DNA of 9,091 nucleotides from assembly GCA_054661495.1 (NCBI GenBank), contig BAAFSQ010000357.1, forward strand, positions 1 to 9,091, in the 5' to 3' direction. This DNA comes from Zygophlyctis sp. KS116. Taxonomy: Eukaryota; Fungi; Chytridiomycota. Each line of letters starts with the position of its first letter. Within the stretch, counting starts at the first letter, position 1. Below are positions 1 through 8,700 of the stretch, piece by piece. A program made the position numbers and the translations under genes. The notes beneath the pieces are model-generated. The model was not told the origin of the DNA. It searched no databases and saw only the letters and a list, made by a program, of their open reading frames with translations.

Positions 1-86
1 TATCAGTTTCAAGGCTAACATCACATGAGACGGAATGATTGCATCATCATGCGGCAGCTTTGCGGCAAGCTTCTGGAGAAATATCA

Positions 87-1501
87 ATGATAAGCTTACC
101 CACAGAAATCATAATCAAGATTATCAGTCATTGTTCTTACCAGGATGCATTGAGGCTGGAAAGAGTCAATAAGAAACTGTTTCTGATTTCTTATGTATTT
201 GAAAGAGAAATATGGGCACCGAAGATGATTCAATTCAGAAATTACAAGCTTTCTTCAGAATCTTGGAAGAATTTATACAGGATTTATACGGCATGGGATC
301 ATTACTTTCCTGATCTGGGAGATTCAACTGATAAGTTTCTAGAGCCTGATCAGCAAGTTATTTTATCATCGGCAAGTTCAGCCCATGCAATCAAAAATAA
401 CTGGAAATTATGTCGAAAATTGATTGGAGTCAGATTAGGAATTGGATCCTCAACTCTTCCAATTAGACAGGGTGATGAATGTCAGGTATGGTTAGATAAC
501 GCTGGGCAGGTTACCAGAGGTTTATCAATTAAGCTTGGAAAAGAAGGAATAGTTAAAAATAGTTTGATAGTTCCCAATTTTAGACCCAGGGGAATGCAAG
601 TACAAATGATTCAGCAGATTAGATCTGGTTATTTGGCTTGTCAAGAAATACGACAAGATCGTGAACTGATAACAATAAGGGTCTGGGATCCAAAGTAATA
701 ATTGTAATTTAGCTAATATTTAGAGAAATTAAACAAGGTCCTTGGGATGCAGGGAAATCTAATGCTGGAATATGGGTTCTAGAAAATCAAGCAAAAGGAG
801 CGATGCTTTGCGGTGATTTATTGCTTACAAAATTCAAAAAGAATGATGATAATTATTATTCTAGTTGTAGGCTCATCAAGATGGACCAATCCAGTAATAG
901 TATTAATTTTATATGGAATCATGATTTATCAGAAAATGATAATATTAAGGATATGGCACTGAATGAAACATTTGCATTGATTAAATGTTTTTCAGCGGAA
1001 GAAAATCTCCACAAATTGCATCTAATATCAGTGAAAGATGGTAAAACTAAGGCTCAAATCCAGATTCCAAGTTATGTTCAGCAAGATTTTAAAATCGCCA
1101 TGACTCGTTTTCATATTCTTATATATAATTCAAGCTGGTTGTGTATTCAAGAAATTAATCTAAGCAAATCATCTCCACAGGCTCCTCGTAAAATTAGGCT
1201 TCCTTATGTTGGTACACCTGTTCGAATGGATGTTTCGGACGATGATTCTATCATAATAATTGCCCCGTGCTGTCAACGTGGGGAAATTATGGTTGTGGAT
1301 ATTCTGAATGGTCAATCGCAAACAGTTGTGCTTACTGATGGGTTTGCCGAAGGAGCACATTGGAGGGGTGGTGGACTTGCTGGACGATGTTCACCACTTG
1401 GAGGAGTTTGGATGTTATTTTCAGACAGATTTGTTGACGGAAAAGGTCAAGAAAAAAGTAATAGAAGGCTACATATCACTTGGAAAGGCCTCAACACATG
1501 A
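87..1501 (+). CDS. F-box domain protein, ~461 aa, with an unassigned beta-rich C-terminal region; join(87..694,724..1501)
   Basis: First in-frame ATG is at 87 (the ORF-track start at 39 is TTG after an in-frame TGA). The N-terminus MISLPTEIIIKIISHCSYQDALRLERVNKKL...W fits the F-box pattern LPxEIxxxI...L..V.K. A 29-nt intron at 695..723 (GTAATA...GCTAATATTTAG) joins ORF 39..698 in frame to the reading frame containing ORF 803..1501. TGA stop at 1499-1501. Confidence 0.75.
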
Positions 1502-1535
1502 TTTACCATAATTTCTATTTTTCATTATAAAGATT

Positions 1536-2845
1536 TTATTTTTTCTTTGATGAATTAACTTGACCGGCTTTAAAGTACAAAATATCCCCATCAAGAACGA
1601 CATATTCTTTCCCTTTCTGAAAATATTTGCCAGCGGCCTTTACAGCAGCTTCCGACCCAGATTCTTTCAAGTCATCATACTTCATAACTTCAGCCATAAT
1701 GAAAGCCTTTTCAAAATCTGTATGAATGGTTCCAGCAGCCTGAGGAGCTTTTGTATTCTTTCTAATAGTCCAACATCTTACTTCATCAGGACCTCCAGTA
1801 AAGAAGTATACTAAGGAAAGCGCTTGATATCCAGCCACAACAATTTTAGAAAGAATAGAGCCAACTGGCGAAGGAACTTCAAACTGATCCTGTAAAGACT
1901 TGAGAAAAGATTCCTTTTCAGCAATTTCTTGTAATTCTGATAATTTCGACTCTAAAATACCAGAAAATGGAATAACCAAATCACCAGGATGATTTTCATC
2001 CACCCATGCTTTAATTTTGGGTAACCACTTATTCTTCTTCTTCACAAAATCCTTTTCTGATAAATTTACTAGATAAACCACTGGTTTTGCAGTAATTAAT
2101 AAAAGTGAATTAATAATTTCAATTTCTTTTCCCGACCAATCTCCTTCACGAACATCCTTCTTCTCTTCACAAACCCAGGCTTGAATTTTCTTTAAAACAT
2201 CAAATTCTTCCTTTTTTGCTTTATCTGCCGCATTTCCTCCTTTTCCAAGTCTCTTGACATCACCTTCCCTTGCATGTACGACTTTATTAATAGCTTCTTC
2301 ATCCTATTTATTAGCCTAATTTTATAATTTACCTTTAACCTCAATTCCTCATGAATAATTTGCAAATCTCTCACAGGGTCCAAATCACCTTCGACATGAA
2401 TAACGTCAGGATCTTCAAAAGCCCTACAGAGATGAAAAATACCATCAACAGCCTTTATATGACTTAAAAACGCATTTCCCAACCCTTCTCCAACAGCAGC
2501 CCCTTTGACCAATCCAGCAATATCAATGACTGACAAGTATGCAGGAACAATAGATTTTGGTTTATAAAAATCCACCAACCAATCAAATCTAGGATCGGGC
2601 ACTGCAACTCTAGCTTCTGAAGGATCTATTGTGCACTGTAATATTATTTAAAAATATTTACAAATGGAAAATTCTAAATTTAATAAATATTTAAATACCT
2701 CTGAAGGAACAGCTGAATTCGTTAGCGAATTAAAAAAACTAGATTTTCCGACATTTGGCAATCCAACGATTCCCATTTTAAGATTATTAGAAGGCCGTCC
2801 CAGAAGAGGTTTCTGCACCAGTGTGGCTCCTTTCTTTGGTGCCAT
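1536..2845 (-). CDS. OLA1: Obg-like ATPase 1 (OLA1/YchF family), ~409 aa; complement(join(1536..2303,2333..2635,2662..2673,2699..2845))
   Basis: P-loop [11 protein letters not shown], switch-I NFPFCTIDP (restored only by splicing a 12-nt exon), [21 protein letters not shown], and a TGS-domain C-terminus [38 protein letters not shown]...[11 protein letters not shown]. Introns at 2674..2698 (25 nt), 2636..2661 (26 nt) and 2304..2332 (29 nt), all GT-AG and phase 0. Confidence 0.96.
2662..2673 (-). other. 12-nt micro-exon of OLA1 encoding NFPF
   Basis: AATTTTCCATTT is flanked by ...AATTTAG and GTAAAT.... It is needed to restore the conserved YchF/OLA1 motif (A/S)ENFPFCTIDP. Confidence 0.92.
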
Positions 2846-2939
2846 TTCTTTTTTGCGCTAAACACAGGCCTAAACAAGTAATGACGATTAACGCCACCAA
2901 ACAAATTCTACAGTCACACATTCGTACATTGTTCAGGAG
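2846..2939. promoter_or_regulatory. Putative bidirectional promoter region (94 nt) between OLA1 and the CAX gene
   Basis: Head-to-head ATGs at 2845 (-) and 2940 (+). Positional inference only. Confidence 0.6.
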
Positions 2940-4214
2940 ATGACTGAACAAAATCCCAAACATTCATTAGTAGATTTGGCAGATGAAGATAGAGTTACAG
3001 CTGATCATTCATCATTGACGGATATTCTTGACCATTCATCTGATAATGCAGATAACTTGACTTTTAAATCTTCATTACTTTACTTTGCTAAAAGCTCTTG
3101 GTTAAATGTTTTACTGATATTTTTGCCTCTAGGAATTATTTCTCATGCATTGAATTGGAAGGGACAAGTTGTTTTTTTTTTAAATTTTATTGCTCTTTTG
3201 CCATTAGCTAAAATATTGGGAAATGCTACAGAAGAAATTGCTCTTTATACTAATGAGACAATTGGTGGATTACTAAATGCTACTTTTGGGAATGCAGTTG
3301 AAATGATTTTATCAGTGATTGCTCTTACAAAAGGGCTGGTAGGAGTTGTAAAAGCATCCTTGTTGGGATCCTTATTATCAAATTTACTACTCGTCATGGG
3401 TCTGTCTTTTTTATGTGGTGGTATTTACTTTCCAGAACAGAAGTTTAATACTACTGCTGCACAGACTTCAGCGTCTTTATTGGCTTTGACGGTTTTAGCA
3501 TGGGTAATTCCAGCAATGTATTGATTTTTGGATTTAATAATAGGTTTGCATCAGTTACAGAAAATCATGCTCAAGATAAGGTTCTTATTTTCTCTAGAGG
3601 TACAGCAGTAATGCTTATAGTTACATATGCTCTCTTTATTGTTTTTCAGCTATTTACTCACAAGAATATTTTTATTGGTGAATCACATGGACATACAGAA
3701 AAACCTTCTAGTACTTTTTATGCTGCAGTTTCTGTACTGTTTGGTGTTACAGGTATCTTGAAAGAAAATAATCCTAGTTCTTGTTGCGATTTGTGCAGAG
3801 TTTTTAGTTGGAAGTATTGAAGAGCTTACAAATGCTTGGGGATTAACAGAAACTTTTGTTGGTGTAATTTTGTTGCCTCTGGTTGGGAATGCTGCTGAAC
3901 ATTTGACTGCAGTTACATGTGCAATGAAAAACAAGATGGATTTATCTATAGGAATTGGATTGGGATCATCGATGCAAATTGCGCTTTTTGTTACTCCATT
4001 TTGTGTTATCGTTGGATGGGGATTAAATCAACCAATGGATTTAGATTTTTCAACATTTGAAACCGCAATTTTATTTGTTACAGTTTTTGTAGTGAATTCA
4101 CTCGTTTCAGATGGTTCAAGCAATTGGCTAGAAGGGCAGATGCTCCTTACTGCTTATGTGCTCATTGGATTTGCATTTTACTTGATCCCAGAATCAGCCT
4201 TGGGAAGAGGATGA
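2940..4214 (+). CDS. VCX1: Ca2+/H+ antiporter, CAX/VCX1 family (CaCA superfamily), ~407 aa; join(2940..3517,3544..3752,3778..4214)
   Basis: Alpha-1 motif GGLLNATFGNAVE, alpha-2 motif LLPLVGNAAEH..A...AMKNKMDLSIGIGLGSSMQIAL, C-terminal DGSSNWLEG, and many hydrophobic helices. Introns at 3518..3543 (26 nt) and 3753..3777 (25 nt) join three ORF-track pieces in frame. The symbol indicates family, not proven orthology. Confidence 0.93.
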
Positions 4215-4220
4215 GTATTT

Positions 4221-5483
4221 TCAATAAGTTTTTTTCTGTTGCAATAGAGAATATGATTTAGTATGAAGAATTTTACGTAATTGTGATGGACTTAATGGTC
4301 CACCATTGAATGCAAGTAGGTTAGGATCTATAGATTAACTATCATTTGATTCTACCAGGATTATTAGACAAATGATTTTGCGCAGAGTATATTTTCTTTT
4401 CTTGAGCATCCAGCTGCTTCCTCTTCTCATTAAGTAGCAGTCGTTCCTTTATCAATCCTTCACTGATCTGTTTTAACTCGTTTTCTTTAATGATCAGTTC
4501 AGAATGAAATCTTAAAAGCTCCCGTTCTTTTGCAATCAAGGAAATCCTCTTATGTGCCAACAACTGCTTGGTATCCGGACGTTTTGCTGGCTAATTATGA
4601 GTTATAAAAAATTCATACATCTAAATTCAGCATCGCCCGGACGATATTTTTCAGTTCTAAGGAAAACTATATATATTGTGAGATAAAAAAATGTACACTG
4701 TTGGGTAGATCAGGAGGATTTCCTTGTTGAATTCTTTTTGATAATTCTTTTGGAGTCTTTGCTTGAAATGGGGGCTGAAGAGCCATTAATTCATAAATCA
4801 CACATCCTAACTTTTATTAATCAAATTTACCTAACGCCCAAATATCTGATTTAGTATTGTAACCATTTGACCCAATCAACTCTGGCGACATGTAAAAAGG
4901 CGTTCCTACAAATGTTTTTGCAAATACTGATACTGATGATTCAACAACTTTACACAGACCAAAATCTCCCAGCTTTGCATTCATATTTTTATCAAGAAAT
5001 ACTTTACTTTTAAAAGAAACAATTACCATTTTCTGGTTTAATATCTCTATGTAATATTGTTGCATGATTTGTTTGATCGCTTCCATAATGGCATTCATGT
5101 AGAGCAAGGGCCAATTGAGTTAATATGCTCCAAGCAATATCTTCATTGAAATAAATCCTTAAAAGTTATAATAGGGATATTCATTACGATTGCATTCTGT
5201 TCTTTGAGATAAGCGCCGCGAGATCACCTCCTTCGCAGTGCTCTGTAATAATATAGATTTTAGAAGCAGAAATATCTATAATTCTTTCATAATAAGCAAC
5301 AATATTTGGATGTTTTAGTTCCTGAAGAATATTAACTTCTGTTACCAGCTGCTGCTTCTCGAACTTTGTCATTTGTCCATAGTCAATTTCCTTTTGTGCT
5401 AAAATTCTACCATCGGACAACCGCCTGACTTTACAAACTAACGAAAAAGAGCCGCGGCCAATCGTTTCCAGTTTTTCATACAT
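4221..5483 (-). CDS. NIMA-related Ser/Thr kinase (NEK2/NimA/Kin3-like) with a C-terminal coiled coil, ~365 aa; complement(join(4221..4327,4356..4590,4619..4666,4697..4806,4831..5001,5027..5157,5188..5483))
   Basis: [82 protein letters not shown], the NEK2-type activation loop [35 protein letters not shown], and PAKRPDT. Introns at 5158..5187 (30), 5002..5026 (25), 4807..4830 (24), 4667..4696 (30), 4591..4618 (28) and 4328..4355 (28). The last intron and exon are less certain; without them the stop is at 4342. Confidence 0.93.
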
Positions 5484-5708
5484 TTCAAAGTTCAAAACGA
5501 AAAAAACCAAGAAAAATTTGATTACAGTTTCACTTTTCTGTTGTAGAGGATTTCTATGGGATTATATTCGAGATACGATATTGAATTTATATAAATTTTT
5601 ATCAAATCAGTAATCTTCCAATTCAGCATCAGTATAAAGTCTGATTGCAAGGAATTAAAAAGCTCCGAAAGCTCTTTCAAATATTCGGACACGCGTTAAA
5701 AGTTTTTT
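5484..5708. promoter_or_regulatory. Putative bidirectional promoter region (225 nt) between the NEK kinase and CFAP70-like genes; contains ACGCGT (MCB-like) at 5691-5696
   Basis: Head-to-head ATGs at 5483 (-) and 5709 (+). An exact MluI cell-cycle box hexamer lies in otherwise AT-rich DNA. Confidence 0.5.
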
Positions 5709-8700
5709 ATGTCTAATCCGCATTTGAAATCAGCTGGGAATGCATTAGACGCTAAAAATATGAAAGGAAACTCCAGTGAATTGATCATGAAAGTTACAGT
5801 TTTGGGAGCCAAGCATTTAAAAGGAAGTAAAGGCGAACATCTCAACTCTTTAGTAAGAGTTCAATTTGCGGACTATGATTCTAAAGATGTATAAATCTAA
5901 AAACTTAAAATATAGTCTACTATAGTAAATGATACACCAAATCCTGAATTCAACTTTAATTACGAACATAGCCATGTAGTAGATGAGGTATTTATAAATG
6001 CTCTAAAAAAAGACACTCGTTGATCAGTTTGCTAATTCTCGTCTTGTTGTGTCATTATTTGAAGCTTTACCAAAGGATAAAACAATGTTGCTTGGAACCG
6101 TTGAAATATCGTTGTTTGATCGATTTCTTAAACCAAAAACCAAAAATTTGTCGATAAAAGATGTTTTTCCAGTGATATATACAAATAATAAGTTATTGCA
6201 TCCTGGTACAGAAGTTCCTGAAATGGATTTGCAGATTTCAATTTCTAGACCAATTCTCTCTGAATCTGAGCAATCAGGATCGATAGTTTCATTCACAATT
6301 CAAGATGTTTATCCTGTACCAGAAGAATGGACATTGAAAGAAGGAAGTGATAAAGACCTGAATACCAATATTTATTGTTATAATTTGGAATTCAATTTGC
6401 CTATTGATGCTCAAAATTCACAGCGTAAAATCACAATTAATAATGGACTACTTGTTCCTTGTGAGGCTTTGAAAATTTCGGACACGCCCAAGACCATTTC
6501 AGAACCAGAAGCAGCTAATCCTACAGTTTTATCTAAGTCGGCAGACTCATCTATCACGTTGGACTCTAAAAAAGTTTTATGGGCGTACACTTACCATGTT
6601 TTCATGTCTTCGCAGTCTATTCAAAAACTGAAAGAAAAAGCCAAAAAAAAAGAATCTCTAGATTTAGAGGTAAAAATATGAATTAAAAAGTAGTTTTCGA
6701 GATCTCTTCACCCAAAATTTGCAACCGTGGTGGATTCTTCAGTTCAAAAATACAAGGCCATCGCACATGTGGATTTGTCACCTTTATTATTTCCCGGAGT
6801 ATGTGGACTTCATGGTAAATCCGATTTTATTTAAAATTCAAAGGTCATTATCAACTTAACAGCTATGATTCTATCCCCCACGACGGACAAACAAGAGACG
6901 CACCTGGAACCGCTGGCTCAGAAAAAGGAAAGGGGATGATTTCTGGAAAATCGGATGTGTCTCCCTATAAAGCCTTGGGTTGTGGAATAAACTTTAAGAT
7001 TCTTCTGGCGGAGCCATTAGTAGAGAAATCAAGTGTCACTTTGGTAAAAATAAGATTATTGCTGATAACTTAGGTTAACTGCAGCGTCCGAGATTTTATC
7101 CCAAAAAGAAACATACCCAATGAATTAATACAAGAAAAAAGAGCGCTGAAAGCTGATCAGGAATATCGTGTTGAAATTCAAGCCATAGTTGGAAAATTGA
7201 TTGAAGAATATCGTGAAGCGATTCTTCACGACAATATCCATACCTCCGGAGCAGATTCCGTTCAGCCAATTATTTCCTCAAATCAAACGGTAGAGCAACA
7301 GGTAAAAAAAATTTCTTACAATTCCCAGAGGAAAAAAAATTTTATGTATCATTTGAATCGTAATGGAGCATATTTCAATTTCAAGGAGAAGCTTAAATCG
7401 GCAGCTGTTCAGATTGTTAGAGAGGTACCCCTCATTAATTAACCAAAATTAGAAGTTTAATAGAAAAGCTCCCTTCTCTTCAAAAAACGAGCAACAATTA
7501 TTTTTAAGTGAAGTTTACGTCTACTTGACAGATCAAATGCATGTAGCGATCAACCAGATGCTTTCCGACAAAGATCAAGCATTTACTGATCCAACCTTGG
7601 GGAAAAGTGCAGATTTTGAGGCTCTGAAAGAATTCGCTGACTCTGCAGAATATAACTTCCAGATTAAAAAAGCATTCGAATATCATCAAGAACGCGTAGC
7701 TAAATTCGAGGATAGAATGGATGCATGGTATTTAACTTAATTTTACAAGATTTAGGTATGATTACGCCTGCTTTTGTCTTCGCAACGGAGAATCTGCCAA
7801 AGGAGTAGAGTGTATGAATGAAGTACTATCAAGAAATTCCAAACACATTCCATCTCTTCTTGGTTATGGAGCTCTTTTGTGCATGAAGGAGAATTTCGAG
7901 GAGTGTGAAATTTGTTTCAGAACTGCCTTAGATATCCAGCCTGAAAATTCTTTAGCCCATGCGTTAACTGTAATTTATTTTTCCCCTCTAAAATTAGGCC
8001 CTATACTATGACATCGTTGGAAATGGATTTGAATCGGAAAAACATAACCAGCTGGCAATGAAATTTCAGCCCGGTAATAATTAAGATCAATGATCAATCA
8101 GGAAAAGATTCTATATATATAACAACCGCCAAGTTTCTCATCAACATCAATGCAGGACACTTAGCAGAGACATCGCTTTCTAGAGTAAGTTTTACGGGTT
8201 GTTTAATTTAATAGGAACTGTTAGCTAGCGGAAGACAAGTAATGCCGTATCTTCTTTTGGCAGATTTGGAGATTCATAGGCGTGATTTCAAAATGGCTCT
8301 CCATCATATTGGGGAGGCTCTAGATCTAAAGAAAGACGATCCCCGTGCCTGGTCAACTTTAGGACACTTGAATTTCTTGCAAGAAAAGTGGAATGCAGCA
8401 AAAGATGCTTATGAAACCGTCCTATCACTTACCAATGGTAAATAAACGTCATTGATTATTAGAGTCGGATCAACTTGTAGTTGCATATAATCGACTGGGT
8501 TGTATTTATCTTAAACAAGCGCTTGAAAATCACGAGTTAAATACTCACTTGGCAAAATTATCTAAATCTGTTTTTCTCCAAGCTTGCGAAGCAAAGCCCA
8601 GTTCATCTTCATGGCTGGGCGCTGGGAGAGCTTCTTTTGCTCTCGGAGAAATCGAGGAGGCAGAAGATGCATATTCGGTATTTAAAATTACAATAATAAT

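Noticed and set aside
39-86. N-terminal extension MHHHAAALRQ... of the F-box ORF
   Set aside because: It starts at TTG, an ORF-finder alternative start. The ATG at 87 sits directly before the F-box motif.
1169-1814. ORFs 1169..1360(-), 1308..1511(+) and 1560..1814(+)
   Set aside because: Short antisense or alternate-frame shadows of the F-box and OLA1 genes with no recognisable motifs.
2849-2863. TTTTGCGCTAAA as an E2F/SCB-like site
   Set aside because: It mismatches both consensuses, occurs once, and lies only a few nt from the OLA1 ATG, probably within the UTR.
2664-3934. ORFs 2664..2861(+), 2722..2904(-) and 3683..3934(-)
   Set aside because: Antisense or out-of-frame overlaps with well-supported OLA1 and CAX exons.
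5436-5460. Kinase Gly-loop GRGSFS lacking the third Gly, suggesting a pseudokinase
   Set aside because: Ser or Ala at that position is common in active kinases, and the catalytic Lys, alphaC Glu, HRD, DFG and SPE motifs are intact.
5605-5675. Short inverted repeats (AATCAG...CTGATT; AGCT-CCGAA-AGCT) as a structured ncRNA
   Set aside because: Stems of 4-6 bp are expected by chance, and I recognise no snRNA or tRNA signature.
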